This document shows, one piece after another, positions 1 through 12,178 of a stretch of DNA of 64,000 nucleotides; the first letter of the stretch is position 1, and each line of letters starts with the position of its first letter. Under the pieces are notes generated by a model, which searched no databases, had not been told where the DNA came from, and saw nothing but the letters and a program-made list of their open reading frames with translations. The translations under genes and the position numbers were made by a program. The DNA lies in NCBI GenBank assembly GCA_041690135.1, contig JAWLHY010000012.1, positions 221,428-285,427 on the forward strand. The letters are read 5' to 3'. Origin of the DNA: Armatimonadota bacterium (GTDB taxonomy: Bacteria > Armatimonadota > SYMT01).

Positions 1-1
1 G

Positions 2-541
2 GGCACCGGGGTCTTCCACTGCCCTTACTGCCATGGGTACGAGGTCGCGGGGCGCAGGTTGGCGGTCTTCCGTACCGGCCCACTGGCAGTCCACCAGGCA
101 TTGCTGCTCCGGGACTGGAGCGAGGACATAACGGTGCTCACTAACGGTGCCGGAGCACTGCCGGAGGAAGAGCGCGAGGAATTGCGGGCTCACGGCATCC
201 AGATCGAGGAGGCTCCCGTGGCCGCGCTGGTGGGAGAGCGGGGAGAACTGACAGCCGTGGCGTTCCAGGATGGACGCCGGTTGCCCTTCGGCGGCTTGTT
301 CACGGCGCCGCGCGTTACCCTGGCGAGCCCGCTGGCGCAACAACTCGGCTGTGAGCTGGAGGAGGGACCACAGGGGCCCTGGATCAAGACCGATAACTTC
401 AAGGAGAGCACTGTGGCGGGGGTGTATGCCGCCGGCGACGCCGCGCGCCCCATGCACAGCATCACCTTCGCCTCCGCGGATGGGGTGATGGCGGGAATCG
501 CCGCCCACCGGTCGCTGCTGTTCCCGAAGCCGGCTTCCTAG
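2..541 (+). CDS. NAD(P)/FAD-dependent oxidoreductase, thioredoxin reductase-like (5' partial)
   Basis: Frame +2 from the window edge reads GTGVFHCPYCHGYE (CxxC redox motif). The C-terminus has the TVAGVYAAGDA FAD motif. Confidence 0.85.
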   Translation, partial: GTGVFHCPYCHGYEVAGRRLAVFRTGPLAVHQALLLRDWSEDITVLTNGAGALPEEEREELRAHGIQIEEAPVAALVGERGELTAVAFQDGRRLPFGGLFTAPRVTLASPLAQQLGCELEEGPQGPWIKTDNFKESTVAGVYAAGDAARPMHSITFASADGVMAGIAAHRSLLFPKPAS

Positions 542-1064
542 CCGGATTGCTCATGTCACGGGATCTGCCGGCCTGCCGGTGGCTGGCGCCGCATTTGCGG
601 CTGTCGTCACCCAGGCCCGGAGTTCCCTTCCGACCGGATCCAACCGGTAGTCCTCGCACCTCGAGAAGGTTCAAGATCGAATCCGGGCCCGGTCCTCTCC
701 ACGACCTTGCCGGCGAGAGACCCTACTCCGTGCTAGGGATGAACAGGGCCGCTAGGTGCTACTACTCCTGACGGAGCAGGCGTCCCGCACACGTCCGAAA
801 CGAATCCTGTATTGAAAAGTATAGCGGCTCCCGCGCAGGGTGTTCTCCTCCTGTTCATCCATTTCCGTCTACGGACCGCTCAACTCCTGGGCGGAACGGC
901 TCAATAGGGCTCAGAACCAGCCGGCCGCACATCCTGCAGGAATTGACCGGCGAGGAAGCGCACCGCGTCACCACCCCGTTGTCGGAAGTGATCCGCTTCC
1001 GTGCCGGAGAGTGGGGCGAGGACGCGCTTTCCGCCGGCAGCCCCGCTCTCTAACCAATCTGTCT

Positions 1065-2504
1065 TTACCGCGCGTAGGGGATGGGTCCCTTGCGGGCGTC
1101 TTCGGGAAGCGGGACCTTGTTCAGGTCCTCTCCCTGCTGCACCCTCCACGCCTCCAGCCGTTTCCGCAGGTCCGCCAGGCGTTTGGCGTGCCGTGCCTCG
1201 CCTGCCAGGTTCTTCAGCTCGTAGGGGTCCTGCTCCAGGTCGTACAGCTCCTCCGCCGGCCGCTGCCGGTAGCGGCGCACCACCTGGGCCGCCTGCGGGT
1301 CGCGCTCGGCCTTCTGTTCCCAGGAGCCCCAGTACGCGCGGCCGTCCGGCCCCGCTCCCGCGTCGATGTGCGTCTTGTAGGGAGTGTCCGGCGCCAGGTT
1401 CCGGATGAACTTGTACCGGGCAGTGCGGATGCAGCGCATCGGCGAGCGGTTCATCTGGGCATCGCCCGTGTGGGCGGCGAATACCTCGTCGCGATGCCGC
1501 TTCGCTTTGCCCTGCAGCACCGGGAGAAAGCTGCGACCGTCCAACTCCGCCGGCGCGGGCCCGCCGCCCGCCTCCACCATGGTGGGGAGCAGATCTACCA
1601 GGCTCACCAGCGCGCGGCTCGTGCTGCCGGGCCGGATCCGGCCGGGCCAGCTTGCCAGCAGCGGCGAGCGGAGGCCCGCGTCGTACAGGTTCCACTTGCC
1701 GAACGGAAACTGCGCGCCCTGGTCCGCCGTGTAGAAGAACAGCGTATTCCGCGTGTAGCCGTGTTTCTCCAGCGAGCTTCTCACGTCTCCCAACTGCCGG
1801 TCCATCCAGCTCACGTCGGTGTAGTACCGGCAGCGGACGGCGCGCGTCTCGGGTGTGTCGATCAGGTACGGCGGGAGCTGGACCTGATCGGGCGTGTACC
1901 CCTCGTTCTCCGGCCAGTACACGTGCGGCGAGTGGGTGCAAACCAGCAAGCAGAGGGGCTGCTCCCGGTCGTGCTCCGCCAGCAGGCGGTCCACCGCGCC
2001 GGTGTTCAGGTCGGTCCACAGCACGTGGTTCTTCCCCGCGGGCATCACGTTCGAGTCCGGCAGGTACTCAAAGGGGAACAGCGGTCGCGGACCGATATGC
2101 GTCTTGCCCGCCAGCACCACCCGGTAGCCCAGCTCCTTCATCCGGTGCGGCAGGGTCCGCAGCCCGTCCCGCACCAAGCTGTGGTTGGCATGGGCGCCGT
2201 TGCGGAACGGGTAGAGCCCCGTGTAAATGGCCGAGCGCGAGGGGGTGCAGGTCGGCGAGGCGGCAAAGGCGGCATCGAACCGCATCCCCTCCCGCGCCAG
2301 CCGGTCCAGGTGCGGGGTCCGCACGTCCTTCGCGCCATACGGACCGCAGTCGTGCCAGGTGTGATCATCCGAGAGAAAGAGCACCACGTGCGGCCGGGAC
2401 GGCGCCCGCTCTGCTTTCGCTCCCTCCGCCTGACCCGCCAGGGCCGCCCCGGAGAGGAGCCCCGCAATCAGCAATAACCCGAAACACGGCAGTCTCTTCT
2501 GCAC
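1065..2504 (-). CDS. Secreted sulfatase
   Basis: Motifs FLSDDH, CTPSR (formylglycine), TADQG, GKWNLYD and EELYDL. GTG start at 2504 with GGAGGAG RBS, followed by a signal-peptide-like N-terminus. Confidence 0.9.
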   Translation of the reverse strand: MQKRLPCFGLLLIAGLLSGAALAGQAEGAKAERAPSRPHVVLFLSDDHTWHDCGPYGAKDVRTPHLDRLAREGMRFDAAFAASPTCTPSRSAIYTGLYPFRNGAHANHSLVRDGLRTLPHRMKELGYRVVLAGKTHIGPRPLFPFEYLPDSNVMPAGKNHVLWTDLNTGAVDRLLAEHDREQPLCLLVCTHSPHVYWPENEGYTPDQVQLPPYLIDTPETRAVRCRYYTDVSWMDRQLGDVRSSLEKHGYTRNTLFFYTADQGAQFPFGKWNLYDAGLRSPLLASWPGRIRPGSTSRALVSLVDLLPTMVEAGGGPAPAELDGRSFLPVLQGKAKRHRDEVFAAHTGDAQMNRSPMRCIRTARYKFIRNLAPDTPYKTHIDAGAGPDGRAYWGSWEQKAERDPQAAQVVRRYRQRPAEELYDLEQDPYELKNLAGEARHAKRLADLRKRLEAWRVQQGEDLNKVPLPEDARKGPIPYAR

Positions 2505-2554
2505 CCCACCCTCCTCCCATCCCCACTGGACAAACTTCCGCGCCTTTGCTGCCA

Positions 2555-2955
2555 CCCGGGTCCGGAAAGGTAGCAGAGGGGCTCGTCCCCGTTGGTCACG
2601 GTAAACGCCTGCTGTGTACCTCGCCCACAATAGCCCACGGACCGCACTCGCTGAGGGTCCCGGGGTTCCAATAAGGTAGCACAGGGCGGGTACCCACGCG
2701 TGGGTGATGCCCGTCGGTCACGGTACGCGCCTGGCGAGTAAACCGTGAATGCTCCTGGTCCCGCACCGTGCCCGCGATGATCACGGCAGTTGCGAACCTG
2801 CCTACCCACCTCCTCGGCGTCCCGGGGTTCGGAGAGGTAGCACAGGGCCTCGTGCCCGTCGGTTACGGTACGTACAAAGGGTGCAACTCATTTACGCTTC
2901 TGGACACGGATCGCCCCCGCAATGATCGCGGCAATCGCGACCGCGGTAACCTACC
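2555..2955. repeat. Cluster of three degenerate GTAG-type REP/REPIN-like units
   Basis: AGGTAGCA(C/G)AGGG..(T/G)CCCGT(C/T)GGT(C/T)ACGGTA occurs at ~2568, ~2674 and ~2835. Partner units CCCGC(G/A)ATGATC(A/G)CGGCA...CTAC occur at ~2771 and ~2916. Confidence 0.6.
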
Positions 2956-3247
2956 TTTGCCATGAACCCGGTGCCGCGGCTATTTGCACCTCGAACCACA
3001 GCGAGTGCCTCGGTACAGGCTTGGGCGGAACCCCGTTCGCGGCCCCACCCCAAATCGGGATGACCCGGTCAGCATCGGTCGTCACCCGGTTAGTTCGCGA
3101 ACTCGCTCCAGAATCCTGTTCCGATCGATCGCGAAGGTCTCCCGAGTCTTGCCGGAGTCCCGTCTTCAGACGGTACGTTTACGAGCTTGACAGGGAACCT
3201 CGGCTCGGATAACCGTAACCTTCGGGGTGTTCGGTTGCCTCGCACGT

Positions 3248-3964
3248 ATGGAACGAGGTCCTACCTCGGGAACCCAACGAGTGGAAGCACGACCTACCGG
3301 GTATGGGAAAGAAGAACGCGGTTGCCCGGCCCCGAACGTCATGCCGGACCGCGCCGAGGTACGAACGATGCCGGAACCGCCCGCCAGCCTGGCCCCACTC
3401 CCGGAGCGGCCATCCCACGCCCCGTCCACCCACGCGGACAGGACCCAGCACCCGCCATCCAACCCCTTCGCGGGTTATGCGGAAGGGTCCGGCGAGGAGA
3501 TCCCGCTGGGGGGCTACGCCGCGCTGGTCGGCGCCTACACGGCCGGCTTAATGGCGGCACTCCGCGCGGTGGACCGGCGCGATTGCTCCGGCCTGACTGC
3601 TATCTCCACGCGGGATTTCGTCTTGCTCGCCCTCGCTACCCACAAGCTGGCGCGCCTGGTCGCGAAAGACACCGTCACCAGCCCGCTGCGCGCGCTGTTC
3701 GTGACTTATGTGGAGCCCACGGGTTCCGCGGAGGTGCGGGAAGAGCCTCGCGGCACCGGCTTGCAGCGGGCCGTGGGGGAACTGATCTCCTGCCCGCTCT
3801 GTCTCGCTCCCTGGATCGGCGGCGCCCTGGCGTTCAGCCTGATCCTGCGCCCGAAAACTGCCCGCCTGGTCACCAACACCTTCGCCGCCGTAGCCCTCTC
3901 GGACTTCCTGCAGCACGCCTACGTCCTGGCGAAGGAAGCGATCGAAAGCGACCGGCAGCCGTAA
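3248..3964 (+). CDS. DUF1360-family membrane protein
   Basis: ATHKLARLVAKDTVTSPLR...GELISCPLCLAPW signature. Start codon uncertain. Confidence 0.75.
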   Translation: MERGPTSGTQRVEARPTGYGKEERGCPAPNVMPDRAEVRTMPEPPASLAPLPERPSHAPSTHADRTQHPPSNPFAGYAEGSGEEIPLGGYAALVGAYTAGLMAALRAVDRRDCSGLTAISTRDFVLLALATHKLARLVAKDTVTSPLRALFVTYVEPTGSAEVREEPRGTGLQRAVGELISCPLCLAPWIGGALAFSLILRPKTARLVTNTFAAVALSDFLQHAYVLAKEAIESDRQP

Positions 3965-4007
3965 CGCCTTTCCTGCGGAACCTGTCCCACGACTTGCGTC
4001 AGCAAAC

Positions 4008-4053
4008 AAGAAAACGTTCAGGGGGACTGCAATCTCCCCCTGAACGTTTTCTT
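4008..4053. terminator. Bidirectional intrinsic terminator
   Basis: 19-bp stem AAGAAAACGTTCAGGGGGA / TCCCCCTGAACGTTTTCTT with A and T tails, between convergent genes. Confidence 0.8.
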
Positions 4054-4166
4054 TTCGGTTCCTTTTTCCGCGTTATTCCGCGTTTTCCGCGGGCAATAGG
4101 CGGCTCAAGCGCGCAGGTTCAGTAACCCAGGAAACGCGTGATCAGGTAATCAGCTACCCGCCAGAG

Positions 4167-5084
4167 TCACGCCGGGCGGGGCGGGATCTCCGCATGGCGC
4201 GGGGCGGCCTTCTCCAGGTTCGGAGTCACGTCGGCGTCCACGTTGCGGACCGCCCACGCCATGCCGCCGAGCAGGATTTCCTGAAACACGGGGTTCGTCC
4301 ACACGTCGTCGCGGTGGCCCATGGAGGTGTAGAACACCCGGCCCTGGCCGTGCATCCGCGCCCAGGTGGCGGGGAAGGGGCCGCGCTGGTAGTCGCTGCC
4401 GGTCATCCCCTGGGTTTCCTGGACCAGCAGCACGTGCAGGTTCTTCGCGAAGTCCTTGATGGAGTACCACTCCTCATGCATCTCGAAGCCCGCGCCGGCA
4501 CTGCCGATGCCGGGGAACTTGGGGTCCGCCACGGTCATCCGGGCCTTCTGCTGCGGCCCGTGCCGGATGAACTCGCCGCCCAGCATCGCCACGTACGGGT
4601 CCACCTTGTCGCCGTGGCTCACGAACCGGTTGGAGCGGTCCGGCGGGTCCGGCTGGGTGTGGAAGGTATCGCTGGCGCTGTGCGTGCCGATGAACCCCTT
4701 CCCTTCCCGGATCATCTCCAGGAAGAGCGCCTTGCCTTCCGGGCTCATCGGCGGGTTCTTGTCCGTGCCGGCCTGGGTGAGATCGCCGGTGGTGTAGAAG
4801 AAGAACGCGTCGTACTTCGCCAGGGTCTCCCGGCTGTTGAAGAGCGAGGCGTCCTTCGTGCAGGTCACGTCGAACCCGTGCTTCTTGCCCAGGTCGGTCA
4901 GCACCGTCTCGGCGAAGCTGAGCTGGTCCCCCTTCCGCTTGATGGCGGGGTGCTCGAAGCCGGAAGACTTCGAGAGGAAGAGGATGTTCCGGCGGGGTTT
5001 ATCCGCCGCCTGCGCCCAGCCCAGCGGGAACTGCGAGAGCCCCGCCACGGCGGCGGTGCGGGTGAGGAAAGTTCTTCTATTCAT
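4167..5084 (-). CDS. ThuA-like (class I glutamine amidotransferase-like fold) protein with Tat signal
   Basis: MNRRTFL twin-arginine leader; GFEH, GFIGTHSASDT, EEWY and GRVFYTSMGH motifs. Confidence 0.85.
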   Translation of the reverse strand: MNRRTFLTRTAAVAGLSQFPLGWAQAADKPRRNILFLSKSSGFEHPAIKRKGDQLSFAETVLTDLGKKHGFDVTCTKDASLFNSRETLAKYDAFFFYTTGDLTQAGTDKNPPMSPEGKALFLEMIREGKGFIGTHSASDTFHTQPDPPDRSNRFVSHGDKVDPYVAMLGGEFIRHGPQQKARMTVADPKFPGIGSAGAGFEMHEEWYSIKDFAKNLHVLLVQETQGMTGSDYQRGPFPATWARMHGQGRVFYTSMGHRDDVWTNPVFQEILLGGMAWAVRNVDADVTPNLEKAAPRHAEIPPRPA

Positions 5085-5098
5085 TCTGATAAGCCGGT

Positions 5099-7060
<1,962 letters not shown>

Positions 7061-7454
7061 GAAAGTAATGTCTCCTGTCGATACGGGGTCCGCCGCCCGG
7101 CCACAGTGCCGGGCCAAATCGTCTTCAAAGAATCTTGACCACGCGCCGCAGAAAAGCCTGCCCGTAGCCATAACGCAAAGAACCGGGACCAAACCCGGGC
7201 TACAAGCGAGAAACTCAACAGCCGAGCACACCCCCGGCTCTTGTAAGCCACCTTACCTGTGATCTATTATCGAAACCGATTTATTTCCGCTCAGCGCCGA
7301 CCCCCGCACGCTTCCACGTTACTCCACTCTCATGCACTCTGCCGCGTCCGCCCGGATCGGCCCATCCTGCGTGGAGTGATGCTTCCCGTGCGGCCTGTAC
7401 CATGTTGCCCCTCGCATGGAACAGCGCGTCTCGTAGGCTCAGAGGACCTTCCCA

Positions 7455-8195
7455 ATGCCGTCACGCCTTACCGTCCCCGCTATCCTTACCGTGGTCGTTT
7501 CCGTGTCTCTGTGTCTCCGTGGCGAAGTCCCTTCCTCGGCATCTCCCGCGCCCACGCTAACGGTCGCCGGGTTGCCATGCGCGGGCCAGGACGTGTGGCA
7601 ACTCGCCCCCGCTTCCGGACCCGTCAGAGGCACGTGTGTCGAGAACTTCGGGGTTGTTAGCCCCGGCTGCCTCTATCGTTCCGCCCAGCCCGGCAAGGGC
7701 GATTTCGAATGGCTGGCGCAACAGGGTTTCCGCAGCGTCATCTCGCTGCGCAAGGAGTATGATGACGGCGCAGAGCGCTTGAAGGCCCTGGGTCTCAACT
7801 ATCTCTACCTCCCGACCCCCGACCACCACGCACCCACCGACGAGGACGGCCGCAAGTTCCTGGTCTTTATGCGCGACTCGAACAACTGGCCGGCGTTGGT
7901 CCACTGCAAGGGCGGCCAGGGACGCGCCGGCGTAATGGCGGCGCTCGCCCGCTACGCCATTGAAGGTTGGCCCATGGACCGCGCGCTGGATGAAGCGAAG
8001 CGGTACCGTCCCCTCAATTTCAAAATCTTTGGAGAGCAGCGTCGCTGGCTGAACCGCTGGAAAGATCGCTTCCCGGCGGGCTCCTACCACCCCTCCCGCC
8101 CCCTGCCCCCGTGGCCCGAGCTCCGCGCCCCGGTGGCCCAGACCACCCCAACTTCGACCGGTAGGAAAGAGGGTGTCATTGCGAAGGAGCCTTAG
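7455..8195 (+). CDS. Exported protein-tyrosine/dual-specificity-type (CX5R) phosphatase
   Basis: VHCKGGQGRAG P-loop and LYRSAQP motif; hydrophobic N-terminal signal. Confidence 0.85.
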   Translation: MPSRLTVPAILTVVVSVSLCLRGEVPSSASPAPTLTVAGLPCAGQDVWQLAPASGPVRGTCVENFGVVSPGCLYRSAQPGKGDFEWLAQQGFRSVISLRKEYDDGAERLKALGLNYLYLPTPDHHAPTDEDGRKFLVFMRDSNNWPALVHCKGGQGRAGVMAALARYAIEGWPMDRALDEAKRYRPLNFKIFGEQRRWLNRWKDRFPAGSYHPSRPLPPWPELRAPVAQTTPTSTGRKEGVIAKEP

Positions 8196-8354
8196 CGACT
8201 GTGGCAATCCCCCTGTCCTCCGCGCCGCCACCTTCTCCCCAAGGCGTGATTTAAGATTTCTCTCCGTCGGGTAACAAGCCGACAGGCTTACGCCGGCCCT
8301 TCAGGGGCCGCCAAGCGGGGATCCTTCCCGCGGAAGGAACGGCTGTGAGGGAGT

Positions 8355-11081
8355 ATGGGGGCTCGAACCGACCGATCGCCCGCGTTCCCCGTTCTGGGCT
8401 CACCGGAGCTCGAGGACGGAATTCATCTCATCTCCACCCTGGGAGGCAAGGGCGCTTCCCTGCACCGGATGTGCCGGGCCGGGCTGCCGGTCCCGCCGGG
8501 GTTCGTGGTACCGGCCCAGGAGTTCCGGGCCGCGCTGCGGGAAGGCGCCGCCCCGCTTCTCCAGCGCCTCGCCGCGGCGCAAGAAGGCGAGAAACCGCCG
8601 AAGCCCGCGGACTTGCTGGCGCGGCACCCGGAAGCCCGGCCGTTGGCGGATGCGCTTCGTCCTCGCGTGGAAGCCGCCCTTCGCGATCTGGAAGGGTCTG
8701 CGCCACGGCTGGTGGTGCGTTCTTCCGGAACCTTTGAGGATGGCCAGATCGCTTCCTATGCCGGCGTGCTCGAAAGCTACCCGGCGCTCCCGGCCGAAAA
8801 CGTGACTGCGGCGGTCCTGCTCTGCTGGTCGACCGCTTTCCTGCAACGCGCGCGCGCCTATTCCGAGCGGATTGGCGTCGATCCGGACGACATGGCGATC
8901 GCGGTGGTGGTGCAGAGCATGGTCGCCGCCGAGGTCTCCGGCATCCTCCACACGCGTGATCCCGTCACGGGAGAAGAGTGTGTCCTTATCGATGCCGCTC
9001 GGGGCCTGGCGCACGTGGCGGTGGATGGGCGCATCACCCCCGATACGTACCGCTGCCGCGGCCGGAGTTGCGAAGTCCAGCTCGGCGGTCAGGAATGGAA
9101 GGATGTGCTCGGCCCCGACGGCATCCGGTGCGAGGAGGTCGTCGCGAGCGAGCGACGGAATCCTGTGCTGAACCCCGGTCAGCGGCAGACGCTGCTCGAC
9201 CTGGCCGAACGGGTGGAGCAGCTCATGGGGGGGCCGCAGGACATCGAGTGGGGGATTGCGGGCGACCGCGTGTGGCTGCTCCAGGCTCGTCCCATCACCA
9301 CGACCACCGGGACGACGATCCTCTGGACTCGCGCCAACCTCCGCGAGCTCTATCCGGAGGTGGTCTCCCCGTTGACGGCTTCGGTTATCCAGCGTATCCA
9401 GGCGGCCTGGCACCTCGAGTACTTCGATAAGCTCGGCTTCGAACTGGGGCATCTCGCTCCGGGGATGCGCGTGATCCGCGGTCGGCCGTACCTGAATTTG
9501 ACCCTGCTCCGCTGCCTGGCCGAACTGGCGGGCATGGACCCGCGCCGGATCGACGCTAACCTGGGCGGCTCCTCCGGACCGGCCTCCGCGGCGAGCCGTC
9601 CGGACTGGCGGCGCGCGCTGAAGACGGGAACTCCGCTGCTGCGGGTCGTCCGTCATTACCTCACCGCGCACCGTACTGCGCCGCGGGTGATCGCGGAGGC
9701 GCAGCGCGCCGTGAAGCGATTCCACCAGGTAGACCTCTCGGCCCTGGAAGACCAGGAGGTGTTCCGGGGCAGTCTCGACTGCTTCCGTGCGACGCAGCCG
9801 CTCTACGAAACCACGGCCGATGTGGCCGGCGCCCTGGAAATGATCAACACGCTCGCCGGCCTGATACTGACGGGCGACCGCCGGGAGGCCTTCGCGCAGG
9901 CGGGCCTGGGGGAGACGCACGGCAAGCGCGAGGTGCAGGACTTCGAGCGTGTCTTGCAGATCGCGCGGGAAGAGCCCGAGACGCGGGAGAAACTCCGGCA
10001 TTCGCCGTCCGGCTCCCCTCCGCCGCTGGAGGCATTCCGGGGCACGCGGTTCTGCGCCGCATTGGAAGAGTATCTCGCCCAACACGGCTACCGGGGCATG
10101 CACGAGGCGGATACTTCCCGTCCCCGCTACGCCGAGGACCCCTCGCCGCTCATCGCCGCAGCGCGCGCGGCCGTCGTAGCCGGTGAGGAGCAACCTGCGC
10201 GCGGAGTCTCTGGAGTTCCGGGAGAGGAGAAAGAGGGTCGTGTTTCTCGAACCTCCATGGCCGGCGGGCCGGGACAGGGTCCCGCTGCGGAGGCGAGGAT
10301 CGGCTTCGCGGGCGAAGGACTCCTCCGTTGGATGCGGCGCTTGATGGCGCTGCGTCAGGAAGTCCGGCGCACCTCTACGCGCCTCATCGCGGAGCAACGC
10401 CGCTGGGAGCTGGAGTTGGGACAGCGCTGGGCGGGCCGCGGCTGGCTCGAGCGCCCGGAAGACTACTTCTGGCTAACGCTGGAGGATATCGAGGCTGCGC
10501 TGGAAGACGCCTCCCTGGGCGATTACTGGCTGCGCGACCTGGTCGAACGTCGGCGGGAGCGGTGTCGCGAGTGGGCCGCCGAACCGATGCCCCTCCTCTG
10601 GCCACCCGGGGCCGCCGAAACGGTGGCTGCTCCTATAGAAGGGGAGGCGGAAGCGGGTGCTATCCAGGGGCTTCCCGTCAGCCCGGGAGTTGTCGAGGGG
10701 CGGGTCAAAGTTTTGCGCAGCCTGGAAGACCGGGAAGGACTGGAGCCCGACCGCATCCTGGTGGCTTCCTTCGCCGGCCCCTCGTGGGCGCCGTTCCTGG
10801 CCGGGGCCCGGGGCTTGGTGGTGGAGATGGGCGGTGCGCTTTCTCACGCTTCCATCCTGGCGCGCGAGTACGGTCTGCCCGCCGTGGCCAACGTCGCCAA
10901 CGCGACGGAGAGCTTCCGCGATGGCGAGCGGATCCGCCTCGACGGCGCCCGAGGGTTGGTGTGGCGGCTGGAGCCGGAGGGTAGGCATGATAGGCCGGAA
11001 GCGGATGAAACCGACCCCGCCGCCGATGAGCCGAGCGAGGAAGAGGGGGGCGAAGAGTATCCGATACGAAAGGCTGCCTGA
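8355..11081 (+). CDS. PEP-utilising enzyme with rifampin-phosphotransferase-like architecture (ATP-grasp, central domain, C-terminal phospho-His swivel)
   Basis: GGKGASL, VVRSSGTFED, DIEW...LLQARPIT, WTRANLRE and LSHASILAREYGLPAV motifs. Confidence 0.85.
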   Translation: MGARTDRSPAFPVLGSPELEDGIHLISTLGGKGASLHRMCRAGLPVPPGFVVPAQEFRAALREGAAPLLQRLAAAQEGEKPPKPADLLARHPEARPLADALRPRVEAALRDLEGSAPRLVVRSSGTFEDGQIASYAGVLESYPALPAENVTAAVLLCWSTAFLQRARAYSERIGVDPDDMAIAVVVQSMVAAEVSGILHTRDPVTGEECVLIDAARGLAHVAVDGRITPDTYRCRGRSCEVQLGGQEWKDVLGPDGIRCEEVVASERRNPVLNPGQRQTLLDLAERVEQLMGGPQDIEWGIAGDRVWLLQARPITTTTGTTILWTRANLRELYPEVVSPLTASVIQRIQAAWHLEYFDKLGFELGHLAPGMRVIRGRPYLNLTLLRCLAELAGMDPRRIDANLGGSSGPASAASRPDWRRALKTGTPLLRVVRHYLTAHRTAPRVIAEAQRAVKRFHQVDLSALEDQEVFRGSLDCFRATQPLYETTADVAGALEMINTLAGLILTGDRREAFAQAGLGETHGKREVQDFERVLQIAREEPETREKLRHSPSGSPPPLEAFRGTRFCAALEEYLAQHGYRGMHEADTSRPRYAEDPSPLIAAARAAVVAGEEQPARGVSGVPGEEKEGRVSRTSMAGGPGQGPAAEARIGFAGEGLLRWMRRLMALRQEVRRTSTRLIAEQRRWELELGQRWAGRGWLERPEDYFWLTLEDIEAALEDASLGDYWLRDLVERRRERCREWAAEPMPLLWPPGAAETVAAPIEGEAEAGAIQGLPVSPGVVEGRVKVLRSLEDREGLEPDRILVASFAGPSWAPFLAGARGLVVEMGGALSHASILAREYGLPAVANVANATESFRDGERIRLDGARGLVWRLEPEGRHDRPEADETDPAADEPSEEEGGEEYPIRKAA

Positions 11082-11518
11082 TGCCGCACCCATCTCCGCG
11101 GTTGAACGGGAAAATCATCGCCGCGGTGCTGCTTTACGTGGCGCTCGGCATCGCCGGGGATCTGACGCTGCGTTACGCGATGCGGCAGGTCCCGCCGCCC
11201 ACTTCCATTTCCATCGCGGAGATCGGTCGTCTGGGGGCGTATGTGGCCTCCAGCACCCAGGTGAAGATTGGGATCGCGCTGCTGGCCCTTAACTTCACGG
11301 CCCTGCTGGCCCTGCTCTCCTTCCTCGACGTGAGCATCGTGGGGCCGGCCCGCGCCATCAGCTATCTCTTTCTCACGCTGCTGGCCTGGCTTATCCTGGG
11401 CGAGCGGGTCACGCCCCTCCGGTGGGCCGGCGTGGCGCTCATCACGGCCGGCGTCGCCGTGATCCTCTCCACGGCCCATGGGTCACAGGCCCCTACCCCT
11501 CATGATGCCGGAGCCTGA
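11081..11518 (+). CDS. Small EamA/SMR (ArnE/ArnF-like) membrane protein
   Basis: About 4 TM helices; DVSIVGPARAISY...ILGERVTPLRWAG. The ATG overlaps the upstream TGA. Confidence 0.8.
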   Translation: MPHPSPRLNGKIIAAVLLYVALGIAGDLTLRYAMRQVPPPTSISIAEIGRLGAYVASSTQVKIGIALLALNFTALLALLSFLDVSIVGPARAISYLFLTLLAWLILGERVTPLRWAGVALITAGVAVILSTAHGSQAPTPHDAGA

Positions 11519-11891
11519 CTGGAAAACAATCGGCGGGGTAGCCTTCTACGTGCTGCTCGGCGTGGCCGGCGACCTGCTCCTCAGCCGGGGCATGCGCCGT
11601 ATGCCGCCCTTCACCGGCTTCAAAGCCTCCGAGATCCTGCGGTTCCTGGCCCACATCTGGACCACCCCCGCGGTGATCGGCGGCGTCACCTGCCTCGCCC
11701 TCAACTTCTCTATGCTGCTGGCGCTGCTCACCTGGGCAGATATCAGCCTGGTCGCCCCCTCCCGCGCCCTTTCCTACCTCGTCCTCACCCTCCTGGCCCG
11801 CTGGTGGCTGGGCGAGGAAGTCTCCCGCCGCCGCTGGATGGGCGTCTGGCTCGTCTCCGCCGGCGTCCTGCTCGTGCTCCTATCGGGTTAG
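11502..11891 (+). CDS. Small EamA/SMR (ArnE/ArnF-like) membrane protein, paralogue of the upstream gene
   Basis: DISLVAPSRALSY...WLGEEVSRRRWMG; overlaps the previous gene. Confidence 0.8.
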   Translation: MMPEPDWKTIGGVAFYVLLGVAGDLLLSRGMRRMPPFTGFKASEILRFLAHIWTTPAVIGGVTCLALNFSMLLALLTWADISLVAPSRALSYLVLTLLARWWLGEEVSRRRWMGVWLVSAGVLLVLLSG

Positions 11892-11923
11892 GGGACATAG
11901 AAGCTGGCCCTGGCAAGCGGTAC

Positions 11924-12075
11924 CCGTAGGGAACGTCTCGCCGTAGCGTTCCGTCGGAATGGGGTTGATCTCGTTCTGCCGAATCGTAGCGGCGCGAGAT
12001 CGGATCCGGTTCGGGTTGGCGCACCGAGATCAGTTTCACCGTGGGCGGAATGGAACGGCGTCACATTCCCTACGG
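11924..12075. repeat. REPIN-like inverted doublet (GTAG family)
   Basis: CCGTAGGGAACG...CGTTCCG at the left end and GGAACGG...TTCCCTACGG at the right end, between convergent genes. Confidence 0.6.
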
Positions 12076-12178
12076 TCCGTACTTCCCAGCCCATACAGGA
12101 AAAGCAAAGAGGGGGAACAACCCTCTCAACTGGCCGGTCCCCCTCTCGTAGCTTCTTACTTGCCCAACACGAGTCGCG

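Noticed and set aside
765-802. CTGA...GAAAC as a hammerhead ribozyme core
   Set aside because: It reads CTGACGG rather than CUGANGA, and convincing stems are missing. The nearby GGATGAACAGG/CCTGTTCATCC IR looks like a decayed repeat.
840-2477. Long antisense or alternate-frame ORFs (also 5300-7138, 14046-15608, 28365-29900, 55522-57069 and others)
   Set aside because: Shadow ORFs of high-GC genes, overlapping well-supported CDSs and lacking motifs.
2555-2955. Possible CRISPR array or repeated peptide ORFs (PGFGEVAQGLVPVG)
   Set aside because: Spacing is irregular (~105 and ~160 bp), one copy is broken by a stop and an insert, and the GTAG/CTAC ends fit REP-like DNA repeats.
8355-11081. Calling this gene ppsA or rph
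   Set aside because: The domain order excludes classical PEP synthase, and rifamycin specificity cannot be shown from sequence alone.
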